A stretch of DNA of 32,000 bases from Nitrososphaerota archaeon (GCA_002713205.1 PAVW01000018.1:15184-47183), one strand, 5' to 3'. Counted from the first letter of the stretch, positions 16,128-28,540 are shown. Notes: generated by a model from the letters alone, not told the origin. A program made the numbers and translations.

Positions 16128-17816
16128 ATGGCACAGAATGCAAGCGTTGGTATGACACCGAGTGGTCAACCAATTATAATATTAAAAGAAGGTACTTCTC
16201 AGACTAAAGGTCGAGAAGCTCAAAAAAATAACATTATGGCTGCAAAAGTTATTTCAGAAATTGTTCGAAGTTCTTTGGGTCCGCGTGGTATGGATAAAAT
16301 GTTAGTTGATAGTATGGGCGATGTCACTATTACTAATGATGGCGCTACTATTCTTAAAGAAATTGATGTACAACACCCTGCTGCTAAAATGATGGTTGAG
16401 CTATCTAAAACTGCTGATACTGAAGTTGGTGATGGTACTACTTCCGTAGTGATTTTAGCTGGTTCTCTTATTGAAAAAGCTGAAGAATTGATTGAAAAAG
16501 AAGTTCATCCTACTATTGTTGTTGATGGTTATAAAAAAGCCGCAGCTCAAGCAATGAAAATTCTTGAAAATATATCTATAAAAATTTCTCCAGGAGATAA
16601 AGTTTGGTTAAATAAAGTTGCAAAAACAAGTATGGCGTCTAAATTAATTTGGCGAGAGTCTGATTTACTTTCTAGTATTGTTACTGATGCTGTTTTGGCC
16701 GTAGCTGATAAGGATAATGGAAAATATAAAGTTGATATTGATGATATTAAAGTTGAAAAGAAAGCAGGAGAATCATTGAAGGATACTAAATTGATTCAAG
16801 GTATAGTTTTAGATAAAGAAGTTGTTCATGCAGGAATGCCTAAAAAAATTCAAAAAGCAAAAATAGCTCTTGTTGCTTCTGCTCTTGAAATTGAAAAAAC
16901 TGAATTTGATGCAAAAATTAATATTAGTAATCCAGACCAGATTAAAGCATTCTTAGATCAAGAAAGCAACATGTTGAAAGACATGGTTGACAAAATTGAA
17001 TCTACAGGTGCAACTGTTCTTGTTTGTCAAAAAGGAATTGATGATACTGCTCAACATTATTTAGCAAAAGCTGGAATTCTATCTGTACGTAGAGTTAAGC
17101 AGAGTGATATGGAAAAACTTGGAAGAGCAACAGGTGCTAATATAGTTTCTACGCTTGATGATTTATCCAAAACTGATTTAGGATTTTCTCTTGTGGTAGA
17201 AGAACGTAAAATTGAAGAAGATAAATGGGTGTTTGTTGAAGGTTGTAAAAATCCAAAATCAGTAACAATTTTAATTCGAGGTGGAACACAACGTGTAGTT
17301 GATGAAGCAGATAGATCTATACATGATTCTTTAATGGTTGTTAAAGATGTTCTTGTAAAACCATCTGTTGTTGTTGGAGGTGGAGCTCCAGAAGCTGAAC
17401 TTTCTATGCAATTAAAAAATTATGCAAATAAATTAGGTGGTCGAGAACAATTAGCTGTTCAAAAGTTTGCTGAAGCATTGGAAATTATACCATTGACATT
17501 AGCTGAAAATGCAGGTCTTGATCCTATTGATACTCAAGTTCAAATTGGTGCAGCTCATGGTCAAGGACATAAATGGTTTGGTGTTAATGTCCATCAAGGT
17601 AAAGTTGCTGATTGCGCTAAACTTGGAATTTATGAACCAACAATAGTTAAAGAACAAATCATTAAAGCTGCAACTGAAACTGCCGGAATGATATTAAGAA
17701 TAGATGATGTTGTAGCAGCTGCTAAATCCGCAGGTCCTCCACCAGGTGAAGGTGGAATGCCTCCTGGTATGGGTGGCGGTATGGGAGGAATGCCTCCTGG
17801 TATGATGGGTATGTAA
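16128..17816 (+). CDS. ths: thermosome subunit (group II chaperonin)
   Basis: LGPRGMDKM, ITNDGATILKE, GDGTTSVV, VVGGGAPE, and a C-terminal GGM/PPGM repeat tail. Confidence 0.96.
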   Translation: MAQNASVGMTPSGQPIIILKEGTSQTKGREAQKNNIMAAKVISEIVRSSLGPRGMDKMLVDSMGDVTITNDGATILKEIDVQHPAAKMMVELSKTADTEVGDGTTSVVILAGSLIEKAEELIEKEVHPTIVVDGYKKAAAQAMKILENISIKISPGDKVWLNKVAKTSMASKLIWRESDLLSSIVTDAVLAVADKDNGKYKVDIDDIKVEKKAGESLKDTKLIQGIVLDKEVVHAGMPKKIQKAKIALVASALEIEKTEFDAKINISNPDQIKAFLDQESNMLKDMVDKIESTGATVLVCQKGIDDTAQHYLAKAGILSVRRVKQSDMEKLGRATGANIVSTLDDLSKTDLGFSLVVEERKIEEDKWVFVEGCKNPKSVTILIRGGTQRVVDEADRSIHDSLMVVKDVLVKPSVVVGGGAPEAELSMQLKNYANKLGGREQLAVQKFAEALEIIPLTLAENAGLDPIDTQVQIGAAHGQGHKWFGVNVHQGKVADCAKLGIYEPTIVKEQIIKAATETAGMILRIDDVVAAAKSAGPPPGEGGMPPGMGGGMGGMPPGMMGM

Positions 17817-17833
17817 TATTTTTTATAAATTAT

Positions 17834-18352
17834 TTATTCAAGAATTAAAGGAATTAAATTTAGTGATATATCTCCTAAATATACTATGATTATGCTTCGT
17901 ATAAGCGCTCCAATAAATGCTAATATAATAAATATGGTAATATTCATCTTTGTAAGACCTGCAGCATAAGATACTGCGTCACTTGAAAGAAATGGCGCTG
18001 CTCTTCCAAACACTACTACATAATATCCCCATTTCTCAAACCAGTTTTCTAATTTATTTATTCTTTTTTCTCCAATAAATTTTATTGCTACTGGTTTACC
18101 GCCTTTTCTTGTAATTAAAAATGCGAAAACTCCTCCAATTGTTGACCCTAATGCAGAAATTGTAATAATTGTAACTGAATCCATTTTGAGTATTACTGCT
18201 GCTAAAATAACTGCATCTGAAGGTAATGCTATTGGTATTAATGATTGTACAATCATTATTATTAATAGTCCTAATGTACCATAATTTTCTACAATGTTAT
18301 TTAGATTTAAAATTATTTTTTCAATAATTTGAACAATTAATATTAATTCCAT
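17834..18352 (-). CDS. DedA/SNARE-associated (VTT domain) membrane protein
   Basis: 172 aa and polytopic. The segment F.RAAPFLSSDAVSYAAGLTKMN resembles the DedA core motif. Confidence 0.65.
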   Translation of the reverse strand: MELILIVQIIEKIILNLNNIVENYGTLGLLIIMIVQSLIPIALPSDAVILAAVILKMDSVTIITISALGSTIGGVFAFLITRKGGKPVAIKFIGEKRINKLENWFEKWGYYVVVFGRAAPFLSSDAVSYAAGLTKMNITIFIILAFIGALIRSIIIVYLGDISLNLIPLILE

Positions 18353-18439
18353 GTCTAATTTGCCAATTAAGTTTGTTTATTAAAACATTTTTGATAATTT
18401 TGAATTATTGTTATATGTTAATTGTACATTATTTAATTT

Positions 18440-18946
18440 ATGCTTGCTATAGCCGGTTCTAATTTTAGTCGACAAAAAGGACGATTTAGCGTGGTTAAAA
18501 AAATGATTGAATTGGGTCTTTCTATTACTCCTAGTGGTAAATTAATGATAAAAGATGTTAAAATACAAGATTCCTCATTGGCTAATGCTGTTGGTGTTGA
18601 CAGACGCGTAGTTCGTGACACTGTAATACAATTGCTTGAAGATCCAGTCCTGCAAAATATTTTTTGTAATACAAAGCCTGTTGGTACTAGTTTAGTTGAA
18701 ATAGCTACTTTATTGGGTTATAGTGTTTTATTGATTTCTGGTAATTCATTAGAACCAGGAGTTATTTCTGAAGTTACTGGTGCATTAGCTACTAAGGGAA
18801 TTGTAATTCGGCAAGCCTTAGCTGATGATCCTGATACTGTAATTGAACCAAAATTAACATTAGTTATAGAGGGAAAACTCCCTGATGAAATTATTGCTAA
18901 AATACGAAATTTAAAATGCGTTCGAGGTTTAACGCTTCTTAATTAG
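18440..18946 (+). CDS. ACT-domain regulator of amino-acid metabolism (COG2150-like)
   Basis: N-terminal HTH-like part (VVKKMIELGLSITPSG...LANAVGVDRRVV) and a C-terminal ACT-like part (LEPGVISEVTGALATKGIVIRQALADDP). The size is typical for COG2150. Confidence 0.6.
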   Translation: MLAIAGSNFSRQKGRFSVVKKMIELGLSITPSGKLMIKDVKIQDSSLANAVGVDRRVVRDTVIQLLEDPVLQNIFCNTKPVGTSLVEIATLLGYSVLLISGNSLEPGVISEVTGALATKGIVIRQALADDPDTVIEPKLTLVIEGKLPDEIIAKIRNLKCVRGLTLLN

Positions 18947-19120
18947 TTCACATGATTACTTTTACTGACTATACAGATATTACGTTTTGTCCTCAATGTG
19001 GTAAAAAAATTCAAAACACTTACTGTCAAATATTTAGATGAATACATTTTACAATGTAATGATATTGATGAAGAACATCGTGGTGAAATTGATAATAGTT
19101 CTATTGAAAATATTTGATAA

Positions 19121-21427
<2,307 letters not shown>

Positions 21428-21625
21428 TTTCTATCTTACTCGTTTATTCGGTTATTTATAGAATATATAAATTTGTTACGCCTTTAATACTATTCAAGTT
21501 ACTCACCTTTAGTGAGTGAGTATTACATATAAATTTATGGCATCATGAAAACCATTTTAATTATAATATAAACTTATTTTAGGCTGTTTTTTCTAAATAC
21601 AACTGTTTTTACTGGAAGATTATAT

Positions 21626-23416
21626 ATGGAACACAGAATTGCAGCTTTAGATAAGGATAATTGTTTTTCTAAGAAATGCCATACTGAATGTATAACATTT
21701 TGTCCCGTTAACAAGGATGGCAGTGAATGTATAATATTAGGTTCTGATAACAAAGCAGTAATTAGTGAACCATTATGTACAGGCTGTGGAATTTGCGTTA
21801 ACAAATGCCCATTTGAAGCAATAACTATTGTTAACATGGCACATGAACTCGGTTTTGATAAGATACATCAATATGACATAAACAGTTTTCGATTATATCG
21901 CCTTCCTACACCTATTCCAGGTAAAATAATTGGATTAGTTGGAAAAAATGGTGTGGGTAAAACTACTGCTTTGAATATTCTCTCTGGGAATTTAAAACCG
22001 AATCTTGGTAATTATGAAAATTCTTCTTCTTGGAATGATATTTTTGATCATTTTCATGGCAATGAATTAAAGAAATATTTCCAAAAACTTAGTGAAAATA
22101 AACTTAATGTCTCAATTAAACCCCAAGCAGTGTATAAACTGAAAGATTATTGGAGAAAGAGTGGTTTAGAATTATTAGAAAAAGTTTCTGATCTAGATAA
22201 TATTGAAACTTTGATAAATGATCTTAATTTAGATAAATGCGTTACTAAACCAGTTTCTGAATTAAGTGGAGGTGAATTACAACGACTTTCTATTGCTGTA
22301 GCTTCAGCGAAAGATGCTGATGTATATTTTTTTGATGAACCTTCTTCTTATAATGATGTTTTCCAACGATTATCTGTTTCAAAAGTTATTCAAAAATTAG
22401 CCGAGAAGGGAAAAAGTGTAATTCTAGTTGAACATGACATAACATTTCTTGATTATCTAAGTGATTACATACATATAATTTATGGAGAAGCAGGAGCGTA
22501 TGGTGTCGTTTCTTCATCTTTACCTTCTCGTACAGGAATTAATGTTTTGATTGATGGTTATTTACCTAATGAAAATATTCAATTCCGAGATTCAAAAATT
22601 AAATTTAACTTATATAGCCCAGAAGAACTTGAAAATCAAACTTCTATTATTTTAAAATATAATTCATTTTCAAAAACCTTTGATAATTTTAAACTTAATG
22701 TATATGAGGGGGAAATAAAGTCAGGTCAAATTTTAGGTGTGATAGGTGGAAATTCACTTGGAAAGACAACATTTATGAAAATATTAGCTGGATTTGAAAA
22801 ATCCGATACTAATAATATAAATTCTCCTGTAAAAATATCTTACAAACCTCAATATCTTAATTCCGATTTTAATGACAATGTAAAAACTCTTTTACACAAT
22901 CTAAATAGTATAAAAATGGAAGATCAAACATTTAATTCTGAAATTCTTCGACCCTTGTCAATTCATAAAATATTAGAAAAAAATATAAAAAAACTTAGTG
23001 GTGGAGAATTACAAAAAGTTGCTATTGTTATGTGTCTTATGAATGATGCTGATATATATGCTCTTGATGAACCATCTGCCTTTATTGACGTGGAAGATCG
23101 TATTGTTCTTGCGAAATCAATTCAAAAATTTGTAAAATCTAATAATAAATCTGCAATTATAATCGATCATGATATTCAATTAATTGATATACTTTGTGAT
23201 TCTTTACTTCTTTTTACAGGTATTAATGGTGTTGAAGGAATTGCAAATTCTCCAAGTGGAAAACTTAAATCAATGAACAAATTTCTTCAAAATCTTCAAA
23301 TGACTTATAGAAGAGATCCTCAAAGCCATCGACCTCGAGTTAATAAAATTGGTAGTCGTCTTGATAAAGAACAAAAAAATTCTGGTATGTATTATTACCT
23401 ATCTCAAAATGAATAA
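21626..23416 (+). CDS. ABCE1 (RNase L inhibitor-type ribosome recycling ATPase)
   Basis: N-terminal Fe-S Cys clusters (C..C...CP and CTGCGICVNKCP), two NBDs with Walker A GKNGVGKT / GGNSLGKT, and two LSGGELQ signatures. Confidence 0.96.
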   Translation: MEHRIAALDKDNCFSKKCHTECITFCPVNKDGSECIILGSDNKAVISEPLCTGCGICVNKCPFEAITIVNMAHELGFDKIHQYDINSFRLYRLPTPIPGKIIGLVGKNGVGKTTALNILSGNLKPNLGNYENSSSWNDIFDHFHGNELKKYFQKLSENKLNVSIKPQAVYKLKDYWRKSGLELLEKVSDLDNIETLINDLNLDKCVTKPVSELSGGELQRLSIAVASAKDADVYFFDEPSSYNDVFQRLSVSKVIQKLAEKGKSVILVEHDITFLDYLSDYIHIIYGEAGAYGVVSSSLPSRTGINVLIDGYLPNENIQFRDSKIKFNLYSPEELENQTSIILKYNSFSKTFDNFKLNVYEGEIKSGQILGVIGGNSLGKTTFMKILAGFEKSDTNNINSPVKISYKPQYLNSDFNDNVKTLLHNLNSIKMEDQTFNSEILRPLSIHKILEKNIKKLSGGELQKVAIVMCLMNDADIYALDEPSAFIDVEDRIVLAKSIQKFVKSNNKSAIIIDHDIQLIDILCDSLLLFTGINGVEGIANSPSGKLKSMNKFLQNLQMTYRRDPQSHRPRVNKIGSRLDKEQKNSGMYYYLSQNE

Positions 23417-24255
23417 TGTGCTTAAATTTGAGTAAAATTCAACTATCTAATAATTTTAAAAAATCTCATTTAATTAATGGATTTGATATTATTGGGGATA
23501 TCGCAATCATTAAAATTAATTCTACTAATCGTTCTCAACAATCTAAAATTGGGCAAGAAATTCTCTCTCAATTTTCTAATATTAATTCTGTTTTTCTTCA
23601 AAAAGGCCAGGTTTCTGGAAAATTTCGTACAAAGACATTGTCCTATTTAGCTGGAAAAAACCGAACTAGTACTATTTATCGAGAATCTGGATGTCAATTT
23701 TTAATTGATGTGTCTCAAGTTTATTTTTCACCTCGATTATCCCATGAAAGATTGCGAATTGCTAATTTAGTTAATTCTGGTGAAAATATTCTTAATATGT
23801 TTGCTGGAATTGGTTCATTTTCAATTATTATAGCTAAAAATCAACCAAATTGCAAAATTATAGATATCGAAATTAATCCTCATGCGCATTTTTTAGCTAA
23901 TGAGAATTATAAATTAAATAAAGTATCAGATATTGTTGAATCGATATTAGGGGATTCAAGTAAAATAATAAAAACTCGATATCCAAAACATTTTTCAAGA
24001 ATATTAATGCCATTACCAGAAAATTCAATTGATTTTCTCGAGGATGCTTTATTTGCTTTAAAATCTCCAGGTGGTTGGATTCATTTATATACACATATTA
24101 TATCTGAAAAAAATCATTCTGTTCTAAGCAAAGCTACAAAAAAATTAAATTTGTTGTTAGATAATCGTGGCATTGTTACAAATTCACGTATTGTAAAACA
24201 AATTGGACCTAATAGCTATCAAATTGTATTGGATATAGAAGTCGATTTTTCATAA
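23416..24255 (+). CDS. Trm5/Taw2-family class I SAM-dependent tRNA methyltransferase (Met-10+ domain)
   Basis: YFSPRLSHER, SAM-binding NMFAGIGSFS, and the ILMPLP motif. The start overlaps the ABCE1 stop. Confidence 0.75.
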   Translation: MCLNLSKIQLSNNFKKSHLINGFDIIGDIAIIKINSTNRSQQSKIGQEILSQFSNINSVFLQKGQVSGKFRTKTLSYLAGKNRTSTIYRESGCQFLIDVSQVYFSPRLSHERLRIANLVNSGENILNMFAGIGSFSIIIAKNQPNCKIIDIEINPHAHFLANENYKLNKVSDIVESILGDSSKIIKTRYPKHFSRILMPLPENSIDFLEDALFALKSPGGWIHLYTHIISEKNHSVLSKATKKLNLLLDNRGIVTNSRIVKQIGPNSYQIVLDIEVDFS

Positions 24256-24768
24256 TTTTTCTTGAGTTTTATTTATGTCTTTAGACATTAATAATGCATT
24301 TTGCCCATCTCTGTAATATTTTTCTAATGTAGTTGTGATTGTAAAATCTATACTTTGGTATAAATTAATCGCTGCAAGATTATTTACTCTTACTTCTAGA
24401 TACGCTTCTGAACATTTTTTTGATTTCATACCGATTAAAGCTTGTTTAACTAATGTCTTTCCAACAGTTCGGTTTCTATATTCTTTTTTTACTGCAAACG
24501 ATACAATATGGCCTTTTCTGGATAATTTAATTTTTTTTAAACTTGAGAAACCATATTCAATTCTACACATGATGTATCCTATTATTGTTTTATCATGTTC
24601 AGCAACCAAAAATGTTTCAGGAGAATCTATTAATAATTCGATAAAAAAACTATTTGAATAATGCTCTGGTAGCGTTTCTAAATTCAATGAAATAATATCA
24701 TCTACATCGTAAATATTTGCTAATCTTACAATTATGTCTCCAATTTTACTTACAAATGCTTGTTGCAA
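24250..24768 (-). CDS. GNAT N-acetyltransferase (Ard1/RimI-type N-alpha-acetyltransferase)
   Basis: GHIVSFAVKKEYRNRTVGKTLV acetyl-CoA-binding motif, A..LEVRVNN..AI.LY, and a size of 172 aa. Confidence 0.8.
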   Translation of the reverse strand: MQQAFVSKIGDIIVRLANIYDVDDIISLNLETLPEHYSNSFFIELLIDSPETFLVAEHDKTIIGYIMCRIEYGFSSLKKIKLSRKGHIVSFAVKKEYRNRTVGKTLVKQALIGMKSKKCSEAYLEVRVNNLAAINLYQSIDFTITTTLEKYYRDGQNALLMSKDINKTQEKL

Positions 24769-24837
24769 TTATAATATATAATTTAGAATCACTTTTAAAT
24801 TTACAGGAATTATTTGTACCTTTTTAATTATTTTCCA

Positions 24838-25956
24838 TTATTTAAATAGAATATTAGAGGTATGAGGAATTATTACTATTTGTGAAGATTTTCCATGTCT
24901 TCTTATTGATGACGATACCGCATCATTGGCTTTTTTAAATGTTCTAAATTTAAATTTTTTTTCCATATAATAATTAGGCAAGGTTGATACTATGTTTATA
25001 ATAAAATTTTCTGATATATTCTTTAAGAAAATAATATTTTCTAATCCATCGATATATCTTTTTTCTTTAATAACATCTTTCATATTTAATTGATTATTTG
25101 CAAATAATTGTAATGCTTCTGAACCAAAACCATTTGATGACTCTGATAATATTGTAATAGTACTTTTTTCAGTGAATGATGTATATGTGTTCCATATTCC
25201 ATTTAATGATCTTGTTAATGATGAATTATATTTTTTATCACAGCTAAATATCCCACTTTGAAATTTTTTTTCAGAATTTCTTATATTATTATTTAATTTT
25301 TCTTTCATTAAATTATGTGTATAATTTAATTTTCCAATTTCGATTTCTGTTATATTCTCATTATTTTCTGAAATCAATTCGATTGATGTAATATTATCGT
25401 ATTCTTGATATTCTTTTTCAATTATATTTCCAATTTTATTATTTCCAGAATTTGGTAAAAATAATTCTTGATTATAAAATGCTTCACTGATTAATTGTTC
25501 ATTTATGATTTTTGCTAATGTTATTGGACCGCCATTAAATCCAAATAGTGGATTAAATGAGGCTTCAGAAATAAATATAATATTTTCAGAATGTATTTTT
25601 TCTTTAATTATTTTTTTTACTTGATTATTTATGTAAATTATTTTATTTAATTTATTTAATTTTAATAATGAATTTTGAAGTTCTTTGTTGTTTTTTATAG
25701 TATATACTTGAATTTTTTTAATTGTTTCTTCATCTTTAAAAATGTTTAATAATTCTTTACATATTAAAATTGTTTGTGTTGATACATCTCCTAATATGAT
25801 TGTAAATGTATGATTTAATTTTATTTTTTTAATTTTTTTAATTATTGTTTCAATATCTATATTTTTATTTTCATTTTTTATTACTCCGAGTAAATTTTCT
25901 GTATTTATATCTACTGATACTTCTACATCTCCATATGGAATCCAAATTTCAGGCAA
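24838..25956 (-). CDS. divergent LarA-like (DUF2088) domain protein, function unknown
   Basis: The N-terminus IWIPYGDVEVSVDI and ISEASFNPLFGFNGGPITLAKI resemble LarA ..LPYGK... and ISEGFIESHFFAGFSGGRKSVLPGI as I recall them. TTG start, with an in-frame TAG immediately upstream. Confidence 0.4.
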   Translation of the reverse strand: MPEIWIPYGDVEVSVDINTENLLGVIKNENKNIDIETIIKKIKKIKLNHTFTIILGDVSTQTILICKELLNIFKDEETIKKIQVYTIKNNKELQNSLLKLNKLNKIIYINNQVKKIIKEKIHSENIIFISEASFNPLFGFNGGPITLAKIINEQLISEAFYNQELFLPNSGNNKIGNIIEKEYQEYDNITSIELISENNENITEIEIGKLNYTHNLMKEKLNNNIRNSEKKFQSGIFSCDKKYNSSLTRSLNGIWNTYTSFTEKSTITILSESSNGFGSEALQLFANNQLNMKDVIKEKRYIDGLENIIFLKNISENFIINIVSTLPNYYMEKKFKFRTFKKANDAVSSSIRRHGKSSQIVIIPHTSNILFK

Positions 25957-26050
25957 ACTCTATTGATATATTTTATATTTTTTATAAAGGTTGAATTTTG
26001 ATAATCCTTAAACGTTTTAATTTATATTTTATTTTAGGCGTATTCAAATT

Positions 26051-26662
26051 TTGTCAATTGATCAGGATAAAATCAAGTTAATTGAATCACTTTATACTTC
26101 TAATATTTTAAAATTTGGAAATTTTAAATTAAGTAGTGGTAAAAATAGTCCATATTATCTTAATTTACGAATTATTCAAAGTTATCCTAATGTTTTTCAA
26201 GCTGTTGTTAAATCCTATCTTGATATGATTAATAAAATTGGTCTTGATAATTTTGATGTTATATGTGGGATAGCTTCTGCAGGTCTTGTATTTTCATCTC
26301 CATTATCTTTTCTCACACATAAATCTCATGTTTATGTTAGAAAATATGAAAAAACATATGGTTTAAAAAATAGTTTAGAGGGTTATTTTAAACCTAAGTC
26401 AAATGTGTTAGTTGTTGATGATATTTTTACAACTGGAAGTTCAATTCAAAAAACATTAGATGTAATTGATAAAAATTCTGGAATTATAAATAATGTATTG
26501 GTTTTAATTAATCGTATGGAAAATACTGATAACTTTTTAATTCAAAATAATATTAAACTTAATTATGTATTTTCTATTGTTGATTTTGCAAATATTCTTT
26601 ATGATAAATCTCTGATTACAAATACTCAAAAAGAAATTCTTTTATCACAATTTTATTTATAG
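26051..26662 (+). CDS. pyrE: orotate phosphoribosyltransferase
   Basis: LKFGNFKLSSGKNSPYYLNLR and the PRPP-binding loop VLVVDDIFTTGSS. TTG start, with an in-frame TAA at 26018-26020 and no ATG between. Confidence 0.9.
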   Translation: MSIDQDKIKLIESLYTSNILKFGNFKLSSGKNSPYYLNLRIIQSYPNVFQAVVKSYLDMINKIGLDNFDVICGIASAGLVFSSPLSFLTHKSHVYVRKYEKTYGLKNSLEGYFKPKSNVLVVDDIFTTGSSIQKTLDVIDKNSGIINNVLVLINRMENTDNFLIQNNIKLNYVFSIVDFANILYDKSLITNTQKEILLSQFYL

Positions 26663-27213
26663 ATCATTAATTCTTTTTTTTCTAATAATTTATGTAAATT
26701 ATTAACTGCTTGTTCTACCTGTTTTTCCATTTTTGCCCCAGTACAAACTAATTTTCCACTTGCAAATAATAATATTACAGTTTTTGGTTCTTTCATTCTA
26801 TGTATTAAACCTGGAAATTGTTCTGGTTCATACATGGAATGATTTAATTTTCTTGCCGCTTCTTCTAAATGCACTTTACCACCTAAATTTCCAGATGCAA
26901 CTATATTTTGAATTATTATTATTGCATTTTTTTTAATTTCAATTCCGCCTTTTTTTAATTCTAATACAACTTTTTTTACAGCTTTTTTTGATAATGCTTC
27001 TGATTTTGCTCCTGTGCACACCATCTTCCCTGAACTAAAAATTAATGTTGCTGTTTTTGGCGATTTAATTCGAAATACCAATCCAGGAAATTGTTTTGGA
27101 TTATATTCCACATGCTTGAATTTTTTTGTAATTTCAATTAAATCTACCTTTTGATTTATTGAAGCAGATGCTACTACGTTTTCAATATTAAATGTAGATT
27201 TTGTTAAAGGCAT
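26653..27213 (-). CDS. tbp: TATA-box binding protein
   Basis: Two direct repeats, each with NVVAS..L....L......EYNPEQFPGL..R...PK....LF.SGK.VCTGAK. Confidence 0.96.
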   Translation of the reverse strand: MPLTKSTFNIENVVASASINQKVDLIEITKKFKHVEYNPKQFPGLVFRIKSPKTATLIFSSGKMVCTGAKSEALSKKAVKKVVLELKKGGIEIKKNAIIIIQNIVASGNLGGKVHLEEAARKLNHSMYEPEQFPGLIHRMKEPKTVILLFASGKLVCTGAKMEKQVEQAVNNLHKLLEKKELMIYK

Positions 27214-27293
27214 TAATAACTAATCAAAAAATAGAGTTAAGATATTTAAATTTAATTTAATTAGTTGAAATTTTTACTTTACAGTAATTATTG

Positions 27294-27785
27294 CTATTTT
27301 TTTTGTTTTACTTCATTAGTAAGCATAATTAATAATATTACAAAGATTATATAATAATTTACAGGTGGCGATACCCATATTGTAATATTTCCAACATATG
27401 GAACTTTTGTAATTACTTTTCCTATGTAATTTGATTCTATAACTGTCCATCCATCAACATATGGATTGTTATCTCCTTTAGTTTTAATTTGTATTTGTTC
27501 GGACTCAGTTTTTATTTCTTGCACTCGGTGAACTATTACTCTTTTATAATCAGTTGGTAAATTAAAAACAATTATATCTTTATTTTTTAATTCATCAAAT
27601 TTATCTCTTCCACTTACTATTATTATGTCACCAATTTCTAATTCTGGTATCATGCTTCCACTACTAACTACAAATAATGGAGACGATGTTTGTAAAATTG
27701 TAGTTGCACTAAACCACATTCCAAATAATAATATTATAAAAACAAAAATACCTACAAATTCTTTAAATATAAATTTGTTTTCCAT
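27294..27785 (-). CDS. signal peptidase I, archaeal/Sec11 type
   Basis: N-terminal TM helix, catalytic SGSMIPELEIGDIIIV, VHRV, KGDNN, and a C-terminal TM helix. Confidence 0.82.
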   Translation of the reverse strand: MENKFIFKEFVGIFVFIILLFGMWFSATTILQTSSPLFVVSSGSMIPELEIGDIIIVSGRDKFDELKNKDIIVFNLPTDYKRVIVHRVQEIKTESEQIQIKTKGDNNPYVDGWTVIESNYIGKVITKVPYVGNITIWVSPPVNYYIIFVILLIMLTNEVKQKK

Positions 27786-27828
27786 TTTATCACTTTAAAA
27801 AATTTGATTAATTTATTATTATGCTATT

Positions 27829-28068
27829 TTACCACATAGCATTTGATTTTTCATGTTCTTTATTTGAAATTTCAATTCTTTTTTTATCCTTTCCATCCCA
27901 TCTTACAGATATTAAATTCATAATTTCTAAATGCAGTAATACTTTGTTAATATCTTTTTGACTTACGTCTATTTTTTCTTTTATTAATATTTTGAGTAAG
28001 TCTTTATCTGTAGTATGTTTTGCATTATTGATTTTTTCATAAATAATATTTTTTAATGGTAAAACCAT
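27829..28068 (-). CDS. small hypothetical protein (possible winged-helix)
   Basis: 79 aa. DKDLLKILIKEKIDVSQKDINKVLLHLEIMNLISVRWDGKDKKRIEI has an HTH-plus-wing-like pattern. There is no recognisable family. Confidence 0.4.
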   Translation of the reverse strand: MVLPLKNIIYEKINNAKHTTDKDLLKILIKEKIDVSQKDINKVLLHLEIMNLISVRWDGKDKKRIEISNKEHEKSNAMW

Positions 28069-28165
28069 GATTCATATTCAATTATATCTAATTTAAATAT
28101 GTATTTTTTATTTTTAATATGTTGTTGTAATAATTTTTAAATTTAATATTAATTATTTAGTGGTA

Positions 28166-28540
28166 TTATATAGTATCTGTTTTTGTTTCATTTTTATTTT
28201 CATGTTTTATTATATCCCAAATTTTGTTATAATTATTCAAATATTGCTTAATATTGGGAATTAGGCTGTTTTTAAGAATATCCGCGTTATTTTTTGAATT
28301 AATATTGTACCTATTTAATTCCTTTTTTATTATATTCCATATTTTAATCTGAGATTTAAATAATATATTTAATTCATTGTTTTTAATTATTGACGAATAT
28401 GGATTGTTTATATTTTTTTCAATAAATTTAATTTCATCATATAAAATTTTTAATTCTGGAAAATTTACCTCACGTGAAAAATCTTTAATTACAGATAATA
28501 AACTTTGATCTATTTCATGTAATATTTCAATATTTGTCAT
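28166..28540 (-). CDS. hypothetical helical protein with an internal repeat
   Basis: 124 aa, K/N/I-rich. KIWNIIKKE and KIWDIIKHE recur about 40 residues apart. No family recognised. Confidence 0.4.
   Translation of the reverse strand: MTNIEILHEIDQSLLSVIKDFSREVNFPELKILYDEIKFIEKNINNPYSSIIKNNELNILFKSQIKIWNIIKKELNRYNINSKNNADILKNSLIPNIKQYLNNYNKIWDIIKHENKNETKTDTI

Noticed and set aside
17737-17816. Tandem repeat ATGCCTCCTGGTATG... at the end of the thermosome gene.
   Set aside because: It encodes the well-known Gly/Met-rich (GGM/PPGM) C-terminal tail of group II chaperonins and is not an independent repeat element.
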